A stretch of 16,230 bases of DNA from Vulcanimicrobiaceae bacterium (GCA_046262595.1 JBHEMM010000037.1:6804-23033); one strand, 5' to 3'. Numbered from the stretch's first letter, positions 8,223 to 16,224 are shown. Notes: a model not told the origin generated them from the sequence alone. Program-made: numbers and translations.

Positions 8223-9403
8223 AAACATTGATCGTCGGCGGTGACGGATACTGTGGTTGGGCAACGGCGCTGCACTTGAGCGCGGCCGGAATGGATGTCG
8301 CGATCGCGGACAACTTTGCGCGCCGCATTTGGGATGCGCAGCTCGGTCTGAGCTCGCTCACGCCGACCGCGTATATGCGCGACCGTTTGGAGACGTGGTC
8401 GCGCCTGGGAATGCCGCCGATCGCTTTCCACAACGTGGACGTCACCGACGATGCCGCGACGCGCGATTTGCTTACGCGCACCCGGCCCGATGCGATCGTG
8501 CACTTCGGGCAGCAGCGCAGCGCGCCGTACTCGATGATTGACCGCGATCATGCGGTCCGTACGCTCGTGAACAACACGGTCGGCAACCTGAACCTCTTGT
8601 GGGCGATGCGCGAGTGCGCGCCAAACGCGCATTTGGTGAAGCTTGGCACCATGGGCGAATACGGCACACCAAATATCGATATTGAGGAAGGCTTCATTCG
8701 CATCGAGCACAAGGGTCGCAGCGACACCCTGCCGTTTCCCAAGCAGCCCGGATCGTTTTACCACTTGACCAAGGTACACGACAGCGATCAGATCTTTTTC
8801 ACGTGCCGCGTCTGGGGATTACGCGCGACGGATTTGCATCAGGGCGTCGTTTACGGCATCCACACCGACCAAACGAAACGCGCGCCCAACCTCATCAACC
8901 GCTTCGATTACGACCACATTTTCGGTACGGTGCTCAACCGCTTCTGCGTCCAGGCGGCGTTGGGGCATCCGCTCACCGTTTACGGAAGCGGCGGCCAAAC
9001 GCGTTCTTTCCTCAATATTCGCGATACCGTGCGCTGCATCGAGCTGGCGCTTCGCAGCCCGGCGGAAGCGGGCGAATATCGCGTGTTCAATCAGTTTACC
9101 GAACTTTTTGCGGTGAGCGAACTCGCTGAGTCCGTCGCGCGAGTCGCGGGCGAAATGGGAATGAACGTTCGGATCGCGCATACACCAAATCCGCGCGCCG
9201 AAAAAGAAACGCATCACTATCACACCGTGAACGCGAACCTTCGCGGGCTGGGCTTCGACCCGACCATGCTCGATGATGCGACGCTTCGCGAGATGATCGA
9301 AATCGCAGTCATGCACAAAGACCGGATCGATCCGGACGTTATCGAGCCGACGGTGCGCTGGCGGCCGGAGCGGCCGATGGACGCCGCTGTTAGCGCGGGT
9401 TAG
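8219..9403 (+). CDS. sqdB: UDP-sulfoquinovose synthase (SqdB/SQD1/Agl3 family extended SDR)
   Basis: [75 protein letters not shown] and RVFNQFTE. The catalytic Thr and YHxxK are intact. The TTG start overlaps the GT stop (TTGA). Confidence 0.95.
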   Translation: MKTLIVGGDGYCGWATALHLSAAGMDVAIADNFARRIWDAQLGLSSLTPTAYMRDRLETWSRLGMPPIAFHNVDVTDDAATRDLLTRTRPDAIVHFGQQRSAPYSMIDRDHAVRTLVNNTVGNLNLLWAMRECAPNAHLVKLGTMGEYGTPNIDIEEGFIRIEHKGRSDTLPFPKQPGSFYHLTKVHDSDQIFFTCRVWGLRATDLHQGVVYGIHTDQTKRAPNLINRFDYDHIFGTVLNRFCVQAALGHPLTVYGSGGQTRSFLNIRDTVRCIELALRSPAEAGEYRVFNQFTELFAVSELAESVARVAGEMGMNVRIAHTPNPRAEKETHHYHTVNANLRGLGFDPTMLDDATLREMIEIAVMHKDRIDPDVIEPTVRWRPERPMDAAVSAG

Positions 9404-9768
9404 CGCTTTTTATGCTTCGGTGTCACGCACGTTCCGCTCGCCCGGCAGACGATCTGCGGCTCGGCTAGGAACTCAGCTGCGCTGGGGCTGATGCCGGGTC
9501 GCGCCGCGATCACCTTGCGCGCTTCGAAGCGCATCGCGCGCGACGTGTTACCCGTGCGCTCGATCGAACCTTCGGCTTCGATGTAATCGCCCGCGTAAAC
9601 CGGCGCCAAAAACTCCACGTTGTCGTAGGCGACGAATAACCCCTCATCGCCGTCGGCGCGAATCAGGAGCTCCGTCGCCACATCGCCGAAAAGGGCCAGC
9701 ATCCGCGCGCCGTCGACCAGCCCGCCGCCGTAGTGGGCGTCGTGCGCGCTCATGCGCAACCGGATCAC
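9400..9768 (-). CDS. kal: 3-aminobutyryl-CoA ammonia-lyase-like hotdog-fold protein
   Basis: [64 protein letters not shown]...FEARKVI...[11 protein letters not shown] closely matches the Kal family of lysine fermentation as recalled. GTGA overlap with the upstream gene. Confidence 0.87.
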   Translation of the reverse strand: MIRLRMSAHDAHYGGGLVDGARMLALFGDVATELLIRADGDEGLFVAYDNVEFLAPVYAGDYIEAEGSIERTGNTSRAMRFEARKVIAARPGISPSAAEFLAEPQIVCRASGTCVTPKHKKR

Positions 9769-10322
9769 GGCGTGATGCCGGTGCGGAAGTGGTAGTCGGC
9801 CGCCACCGGCATGCAGTTTCTAACGGCGGGAAAGTAGTTGGAAGCCTTCGCCGCTTTCACTGCAGCGTCGTCGACGCCGGGCGACCCGCTGTTTTGCGCG
9901 ATTGCCAGCTTCACCACTTCACCGAATTGGTTCAGTGAGACCGTGACGTCCACGGCCGCAGGCACGTTTGCTTGAAGCGCCACCTGCGGAAACTGCGGAG
10001 TGACGGGAAGCGTCGCGACGGCCGCATGATCGCACGGCGCCGCAAAGGTTTGTTCGGCGCCGCCGACGACGAATTCGCTCTCGCCCGGCAGCGCCTTGCA
10101 GCCGGCCGCGGCGGGGACGAACGTCCACTGCTTCATCGCGGCGACCGAAGCGTTGTCGTACTCCGTATTGCCGGACGAGTTGTCGATCCAAGCGGACGTC
10201 ACGACGCCGTTTTGGTTGACGAGCGCGACGACGGTTGCATACGGACGGCGCAGCGCGGAAAACGGTTTCGCGCTGTGCGGAGGGACGACGTGGGACGGGA
10301 TGGGCGGATGATCGCAGGTCAC
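9765..10322 (-). CDS. protein with two tandem TonB C-terminal-like domains and no N-terminal anchor
   Basis: Two repeats of V-x-x-x-[VL]-N-Q-x-G-x-V...[SN]SG-x3-D-x-A-x-V-x-A...[FY]xPA/YFPA ([23 protein letters not shown] and [23 protein letters not shown]). It fits exactly between the mazG stop and the kal start. Confidence 0.8.
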   Translation of the reverse strand: MTCDHPPIPSHVVPPHSAKPFSALRRPYATVVALVNQNGVVTSAWIDNSSGNTEYDNASVAAMKQWTFVPAAAGCKALPGESEFVVGGAEQTFAAPCDHAAVATLPVTPQFPQVALQANVPAAVDVTVSLNQFGEVVKLAIAQNSGSPGVDDAAVKAAKASNYFPAVRNCMPVAADYHFRTGITP

Positions 10323-10323
10323 G

Positions 10324-11508
10324 TCAGGCCGCCTGAATTTTTGCTAATTGCCACAGTTCCTCAAGTTCGTCGAGCGAGTAATCGGAGAGCGCCTTGCCGG
10401 CCTTGGCGGCATGGCGTTCCATGAAGTGAAAGCGCCGGTAAAACTTTTCGTTCGCCTCGCGCATCGCGGTTTCCGCATCGATGCCCATGCCGCGTGAAAG
10501 ATTGACGAGGGTGAAAAAAACGTCGCCGAGTTCCTCGCGTACGCGCGCGTCGTCCTGCTTCTCGCGCCGCGCTTGCGCGAGCTCGCCCAATTCTTCGTGC
10601 AGTTTATCTAAGATGCCGCTCAACGCCGGCCAGTCAAACCCAACGCGCGCGGCCTTTTCCTGCATGCGTTGACCGCGCTGCAGCGCACCCAGGTGCTTGG
10701 GAATGCCGTCGAGCCGGCTCTTGCGTTTGCGGCCGGTCGCTTCATTCGCTTTAAGCTGCTCCCAATTCTTCCACTGTGAATCAACGTCTTCGATGACCGC
10801 ATCGCCGAAAACGTGCGGATGCCGCCGCACCATTTTGTTCGAGAGCGCGTCCACAACGTCCGCGACGGTGAACTTCCCCGTTTCGGTTCCGAGCTGCGAG
10901 TGGAAAACGATCTGCAGAAGCAAGTCCCCGAGCTCCTCGCTGAGCGCGGTGCTGTCATCTTGTTCGATCGCCTCGACGACTTCATACGTTTCTTCGATCA
11001 GGTATGGGACCAGCGTACGGTGCGTCTGCTCGCGATCCCAGGGGCACGACGCGCGCAGCCGCGCCATGATCGCGATCAGATCGTCCCACGAATGATGAGC
11101 CGATGCGGGAGGGAGCGGTACGAGCGGCATCGCTATCGATGCGGAGAGCGTCGCATTCGGAACGCCCGGCACGATGCGCGTTTGCGCGCCGCGCGCCTCC
11201 AGTGCCCGCAGCAGCAACGGCAAACCGGGGAAATCGGAGAGCGGATTGCCGAGCACGCCGACGCCCGCGTCCGCTTGTTCCAACGCGTCCACGAAATGCG
11301 CGATCTCTTCGCCGCTTCCGCGTACGAGCAACGCGGCGTCGCGTACGCCGCCGCGTTCTGCGCGAACGCCGTTCGCTTGCAGCTGTGCCACTAAATCGGG
11401 GGGCGCAAGCAGCGTGAACACGCGGCCCGCCGCGCGCAGCGCATCGAGTGCGCCCAGCGTAAGCAGCTGCGGATCGCCCGGGCCTAAACCGACGATGCGA
11501 ACGAGCAT
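10324..11508 (-). CDS. mazG: MazG nucleoside triphosphate pyrophosphohydrolase with N-terminal tetrapyrrole-methylase-like segment (YabN type)
   Basis: N-terminal IVGLGPGDPQLLTL followed by CPWDREQTH, LIEETYEV, EELGDLLLQIVFH, KMVRRHPHVFG and a second domain KAARVGFDW...EELGDVFF...ANEKFYRRF. Confidence 0.94.
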   Translation of the reverse strand: MLVRIVGLGPGDPQLLTLGALDALRAAGRVFTLLAPPDLVAQLQANGVRAERGGVRDAALLVRGSGEEIAHFVDALEQADAGVGVLGNPLSDFPGLPLLLRALEARGAQTRIVPGVPNATLSASIAMPLVPLPPASAHHSWDDLIAIMARLRASCPWDREQTHRTLVPYLIEETYEVVEAIEQDDSTALSEELGDLLLQIVFHSQLGTETGKFTVADVVDALSNKMVRRHPHVFGDAVIEDVDSQWKNWEQLKANEATGRKRKSRLDGIPKHLGALQRGQRMQEKAARVGFDWPALSGILDKLHEELGELAQARREKQDDARVREELGDVFFTLVNLSRGMGIDAETAMREANEKFYRRFHFMERHAAKAGKALSDYSLDELEELWQLAKIQAA

Positions 11509-11529
11509 CTGCGCTGATTCTCTGGCGGA

Positions 11530-11567
11530 AACGAAAAGGCCCGGTCGAGCGGCCGGGCCTTTTCGTT
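11530..11567 (-). terminator. rho-independent terminator downstream of prsA (symmetric, potentially bidirectional)
   Basis: Perfect 15-bp inverted repeat AACGAAAAGGCCCGG (11530-11544) / CCGGGCCTTTTCGTT (11553-11567) with an 8-nt loop. On the minus strand the GC stem is followed by TTTTCGTTT. It begins 15 nt after the prsA stop. Confidence 0.85.
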
Positions 11568-11582
11568 GGCGGCGGGATGCCG

Positions 11583-12539
11583 CTATTTTGTGGTCGGCGC
11601 TGCTGCCGGAGCGCTGCTTGACGCGGAAGCGGCGCTCGCTGCGGGCGAGGGGAACACGCCTGCGAACTTCGGATCCTGCACATCGATCTTCGCTTGTGCT
11701 TGAAGGTTCTGCAAAAACGCCGGAATGAGCGGCGACTCTTGCTGCTGACGCAGCTGCTGTTTGATCTGATCGTGCACGCTGGCGAGCGTCGCGGTTTCGC
11801 CGGGTTTGCGCTCGATGACTTGGATCACGTGGTACCCGAAAGGCGATTTAATCGGCTGGCTGATCTTTCCGATCGGTCCGCTGAACGCGTATTGATCGAA
11901 TGCCGGCACCATCGCGCCCTTCTTGAAAAAGCCCAGATCGCCGCCTTTGTCGCGGCTGCCCGGGTCGGTCGAATATTGTTTGGCTTCTGCGCCGAAGTCT
12001 TTGCCGGCCTTCAAGTCGGACTCGACCTTTTGCGCGAGCGCCATCGTAGGCACCAGAATGTGGCGCGCATGTGCCATAGCCGGCTTATCGTACTGCGCAT
12101 GGTTCTTGGTGAAGAACTGCTTGATTTGCGACTCGGTGACGTTGACGTTCGAGCCGGTGGCCTTATCGAGGATGATCTGGCGGCGGATCAGGTCCTGCAC
12201 GTCCGATTCGCTCAAGCCGCGCGCTTTAAGCAGCTCGTTCCACTGTCCGTTCGGGTACTGCGCCTTGTACTGATTTTCGATCTTGTCGATCTCGGCTTGC
12301 GAGACCGCGATGTTGTTCTTCTGCGCGTACTGATCGATCAGCACGTTGGTGACCATCTGCTGCAGCTGGCTCTTGGCGGCGGGCCCGTTCTCCAGTTTGG
12401 AGTCGAGATCGGCGCGCGAGATGGCTTGCCCGTTAACGGTTGCCACGTTTCCGCCGGCGCTCCCGCCGCCGCATGCGGCGAGCGAAACGATCAAAAGTGC
12501 GGTGGTGATACCCGCGATAAGCCTGGGGGCTTGCGACAT
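11583..12539 (-). CDS. prsA: PrsA-like lipoprotein foldase (parvulin/PpiC peptidyl-prolyl isomerase)
   Basis: Signal peptide with lipobox LAAC, VATVNGQAIS (SurA-N-like), and parvulin motifs ARHILV, AKQYSTDPGSRDKGGDLG, MVPAF and SPFGYHVI. GGAG RBS 6 nt upstream. Located directly downstream of mfd. Confidence 0.9.
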   Translation of the reverse strand: MSQAPRLIAGITTALLIVSLAACGGGSAGGNVATVNGQAISRADLDSKLENGPAAKSQLQQMVTNVLIDQYAQKNNIAVSQAEIDKIENQYKAQYPNGQWNELLKARGLSESDVQDLIRRQIILDKATGSNVNVTESQIKQFFTKNHAQYDKPAMAHARHILVPTMALAQKVESDLKAGKDFGAEAKQYSTDPGSRDKGGDLGFFKKGAMVPAFDQYAFSGPIGKISQPIKSPFGYHVIQVIERKPGETATLASVHDQIKQQLRQQQESPLIPAFLQNLQAQAKIDVQDPKFAGVFPSPAASAASASSSAPAAAPTTK

Positions 12540-12635
12540 TCTATGCTCCAGTTTCGATTGGGAAAATAACCGTCCGCCGATTCGAGAACTGCCCCGATGG
12601 TCCTTTTTAGCAGGGTGACCTCCTTTTTCTGCATC

Positions 12636-15600
12636 CTACATTGCATCCAAAAGACTCCGCAAGAGCGGCATCCAGAGCGCTTCGGGGCGTTGTCCGGGCT
12701 GCAGCGGCGGCAAATCGACCAAGATCTTGCCCTCCGCAAAACGGAAGCGGTTTCGTGTGAGCGATTGGAAGCGCGGGATGGCGCTGGGCTGCAGCTCGAA
12801 TCCGCTGCCGACGCCCAGCGTGAGGCGCTTCTCGTCGACGATGACGCGTGTGACGTGCTTTTGCAGCGCCACGGTGCGCAGTTTGGTCAACTCCACAAGG
12901 TTCTCGAGGGCCGCGGGCAGCGGACCGAAGCGGTCGCGCACGCTGGCTGCGATTTCTTCCACTTGCGCCTGCGTGCGCGATTTGGCGAGTTGCTGGTACA
13001 CGGCGATCTTCTGCGAGACTTGCGCGATGTAATCGGCGGGAACGTAAGCGTCGATCTTGACGTCGATCACCGCCTCGCGCTGTTCCTCAAGCGCGGCTTG
13101 CTCGCCCTTGCGCTGGGCGATCGCTTCGGCGAGCAGCTGGCAGTACGTGTCGAAGCCCACGGAGGCGATGAAGCCGGATTGCGCCGCACCGAGCAAATTT
13201 CCGGCGCCGCGTATCTCCAAATCGCGCATGGCAATCTGCAGGCCGCTGCCCAGATGCGTGAACTCGCGGATTGCCTCCAGGCGCGCCTTGGCTTCTTCGG
13301 TAAGCGATTTGTGCGCCTGATACAGCAGAAACGCATACGCCTGGTGGTTCGAACGGCCGACGCGTCCGCGCAGCTGATACAGCTGCGCCAATCCGAACTT
13401 GTCCGCGTCGTTGACGACGATCGTGTTCACGTTCGGGATGTCGATGCCGTTCTCGATGATCGTTGTCGCGACCAGCACGTCCACCTCGCCCTCGATGAAC
13501 GCCTGCATGACGGGTTCGAGTTCGTGCTCGTGCATTTGGCCGTGGCCGATGGCGATGCGCGCGCGCGGAACGAGCTGCTGCAGCGCGTTTTTGACGGAAT
13601 AGATCGATTCGATGCGGTTGTGCAGATAATAGACTTGGCCGCCGCGATCGAGTTCCGCGGAGATCGCACGTTGGACGACGGCGTCGCCGGCAGGCACGAC
13701 CACGGTTTTGATAGACATGCGGTTTTTGGGCGCCGTTTGAATGAGCGAAAGGTCGCGCACGCCCAGCAGCGACATGTGCAGCGTGCGCGGAATCGGCGTC
13801 GCGGAAAGCGTGAGGACGTCGACGCTCGCGCGCAGCTGTTTGAGCCGCTCTTTGTGCATGACGCCGAAACGCTGTTCTTCGTCCACGACGATAAGCCCGA
13901 GATCCGCGAAGGCAACGTCTTTTTGCAGCAGGCGGTGCGTGCCGATGACGATGTCCACTTTGCCTTCGGCGCAATCGCGCAGAATTTCGCGCTGCTCTTT
14001 TTTGCTGCGGAAACGGGAAAGCTCTTCGATGCGCATGGGAAAGCCGGCGAATCGCGTGCTGAAGGTGCGGTAATGCTGGTCGGCGAGCAGCGTGGTGGGC
14101 ACGAGGACGGCGACTTGCTTTTTATCGGCGACGGCTTTGAACGCCGCGCGAAGCGCAACTTCGGTTTTGCCGTACCCCACGTCACCGCACACGACGCGAT
14201 CCATGGGGCGCGCGCGTTCCATGTCGTTTTTTGTTTCGACGATCGCCTTCATCTGATCGGGCGTTTCGTCGTAGGGGAACGCTTCTTCGAGTTCCGCCTG
14301 CCACACCGTGTCCGGCGCGAAGGCGTGGCCGCGCGCGAGCTCACGATCGGCGTACAGCTGCACCAGACCTTCGGCAATTTTGGCGAGCGATTCGGAGACA
14401 CGCGTTTTCGTGCGCGCCCAATCGGCGCCGCCCATTTTTGAAAGACGCGGCGTGCCGCCTTCACTTGCGCTGTACTTCGTGACCTGATGCATCTGCGTTA
14501 CCGGCACGAGCATGCGATCGGTGCCGGCGTATTTGAGATCGAGGTAATCTTGTGTGGCGCCCAAGATCTTTTCCGTGCGCAGGCCCAGATACTGGCCGAT
14601 GCCGTGCACGGCATGCACGACATAATCGCCGACTTTCAAATCGGCCAACGTAACGGGCACGCCTTCTTTGACGGCGCGGATCTTCACGCGTTTCGCCGGC
14701 TGCCCGAAGATCTCGCGATCCCCCAAAACACGCAGCCGCAGCGCAGGGAGCGTGAAGCCGCTCTCGATGCTTCCGTGATCGACGTACACGCATCCCGAAC
14801 CGAACACGAGCGGGCCCGCCGAAACGGTTAAGCCCGCGGCGCGCACGATATCGCTCGTGCGCGCAGCGCCCGTCGTAACGAGCAGCACCGTTTCATTCGC
14901 CGCAACGCTTTCGCGCAGCGATTGCGTAAACAACTCGATCTGACGGTTGAAATGATCCGCAGGGCGCGCTTCGAGCACGAGGTTTTCATCGATCCGCGGC
15001 ATCCAGTCGACCGCGGCCGCCGTTTCGATACCGCCGGGAAACACGAGCGCGGCATGCCCCGCAAAGCCCGCGGCGAGGTCGTGCAGGCGCGGATACGGCG
15101 CCGCGGCCTGCGCGAGAAGCGCTTCGCCGACGTCTGCGTCGCGGACGGAAAGGTCGCCCTCGTCCATTCCCGCGAGCAGCACGCTCTCTTCGCGCGAGCG
15201 TTCGTCGTCCAACGCGCGCTCGATCGTGGCGAGCATGCCGGGCTCGTCGATGACGAGCGTCGTATGGGCGGGCAGATAATCCAGCACCGTTTCTCGCCGT
15301 TCGAATGCGAGCGGCAGCCACGGTTCCGGCACGTCCGCGCCGGTTTGCAGATAGGCGATCACCGCCTCCCGCACGTTGAGCGGACCCTGCAGCGAGGCTG
15401 CGACCCGCGCGCGCAGCGTTTCATCGCGCGCAATCTCGAGCCACGGCACGATCTCCAGCGCCTCCAAACCGCCTTGGCTGCGTTGGGAAACGAGATCGAA
15501 CGGGCGTAGGCTCTCAATTTCATCACCGAAAAACTCGATGCGCACCGGCCGGTCAGCCGATGCCGCAAAGACATCGAGAATGCCGCCGCGCACCGCGAAT

Positions 15601-16157
15601 TCCCCGGCTGCGCTCACGACGTCGGTGCGCTGATACCCGCAGCGGTACAGGCGCTCGAGCGTGGCGTCCCAGCCGGCGCTTTGACCGCTGTGCAGGCTGA
15701 AGCGCTCGCGCGCGAACGCCTCGCGGGGAATGACGTACTGCCGCGCGGCTGCGAGCGGGATCAGCACGATGCCCGGCACGCCGTCGGCTAACTGCGCCAT
15801 CAGGCTCATGCGCGCGCTGCGCTCGGAAGGCGAGTCGATCGCTCCGACCGTCTCCTCACGCGAGCGCAGCAGGCGCACCGTACGGGGCTCATCTTCTTCC
15901 AGGTAGTACAGTAAATCGGCGAAAAGACGCTCGGCGGCGTCGACCGTCGGGAGCACGACGCAAAACACGCCGCCGATCTCGCGGTAGAGCGCGGCCAGCA
16001 GCGCCGGACGGGCCGCCGGAATGGTTTCGTGCAGCGCATATGCGCCCGCGCCTCGGCGCAGCCGGGCGGCGATATCGCGCAGAACCCGCCCCGCGCCGGG
16101 CAGCCCGCGGACCAGCTCGCCCGCGAAGCGCGCAGACTCTCGCTCAAGAACGGTCAT
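12636..16157 (-). CDS. mfd: transcription-repair coupling factor
   Basis: UvrB-like GEFAVRGGILDVF, RID domain GDYVVHAVHGIGQY, Walker A CGDVGYGKTEVA, DEEQRFG, SATPIPRT, QLRGRVGRS, DLEIRGAGNLLG and a C-terminal TRCF domain; 1173 aa. GGAG RBS at 16163-16166. Confidence 0.98.
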   Translation of the reverse strand: MTVLERESARFAGELVRGLPGAGRVLRDIAARLRRGAGAYALHETIPAARPALLAALYREIGGVFCVVLPTVDAAERLFADLLYYLEEDEPRTVRLLRSREETVGAIDSPSERSARMSLMAQLADGVPGIVLIPLAAARQYVIPREAFARERFSLHSGQSAGWDATLERLYRCGYQRTDVVSAAGEFAVRGGILDVFAASADRPVRIEFFGDEIESLRPFDLVSQRSQGGLEALEIVPWLEIARDETLRARVAASLQGPLNVREAVIAYLQTGADVPEPWLPLAFERRETVLDYLPAHTTLVIDEPGMLATIERALDDERSREESVLLAGMDEGDLSVRDADVGEALLAQAAAPYPRLHDLAAGFAGHAALVFPGGIETAAAVDWMPRIDENLVLEARPADHFNRQIELFTQSLRESVAANETVLLVTTGAARTSDIVRAAGLTVSAGPLVFGSGCVYVDHGSIESGFTLPALRLRVLGDREIFGQPAKRVKIRAVKEGVPVTLADLKVGDYVVHAVHGIGQYLGLRTEKILGATQDYLDLKYAGTDRMLVPVTQMHQVTKYSASEGGTPRLSKMGGADWARTKTRVSESLAKIAEGLVQLYADRELARGHAFAPDTVWQAELEEAFPYDETPDQMKAIVETKNDMERARPMDRVVCGDVGYGKTEVALRAAFKAVADKKQVAVLVPTTLLADQHYRTFSTRFAGFPMRIEELSRFRSKKEQREILRDCAEGKVDIVIGTHRLLQKDVAFADLGLIVVDEEQRFGVMHKERLKQLRASVDVLTLSATPIPRTLHMSLLGVRDLSLIQTAPKNRMSIKTVVVPAGDAVVQRAISAELDRGGQVYYLHNRIESIYSVKNALQQLVPRARIAIGHGQMHEHELEPVMQAFIEGEVDVLVATTIIENGIDIPNVNTIVVNDADKFGLAQLYQLRGRVGRSNHQAYAFLLYQAHKSLTEEAKARLEAIREFTHLGSGLQIAMRDLEIRGAGNLLGAAQSGFIASVGFDTYCQLLAEAIAQRKGEQAALEEQREAVIDVKIDAYVPADYIAQVSQKIAVYQQLAKSRTQAQVEEIAASVRDRFGPLPAALENLVELTKLRTVALQKHVTRVIVDEKRLTLGVGSGFELQPSAIPRFQSLTRNRFRFAEGKILVDLPPLQPGQRPEALWMPLLRSLLDAM

Positions 16158-16215
16158 AAGTTCTCCATGATACTCCCCCCGCGCAACCCGGCCTTGCGTT
16201 ATGCGGTTTTGTGTA

Positions 16216-16224
16216 TTAGCACTC
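16216..16224. promoter_or_regulatory. CIRCE (HrcA operator) left arm; the right arm would lie beyond the window edge
   Basis: Exact TTAGCACTC, the left half of TTAGCACTC-N9-GAGTGCTAA, in AT-richer intergenic DNA. Only 6 nt of the spacer are visible. Confidence 0.7.

Noticed and set aside
12597..14441. 614-aa plus-strand ORF antisense to mfd
   Set aside because: Shadow ORF on the reverse complement of a conserved high-GC gene, with no recognisable domain.
16182..16198. Small hairpin CGCAA-N7-TTGCG upstream of mfd
   Set aside because: Only a 5-bp stem with no U-tract, so it cannot be distinguished from chance.
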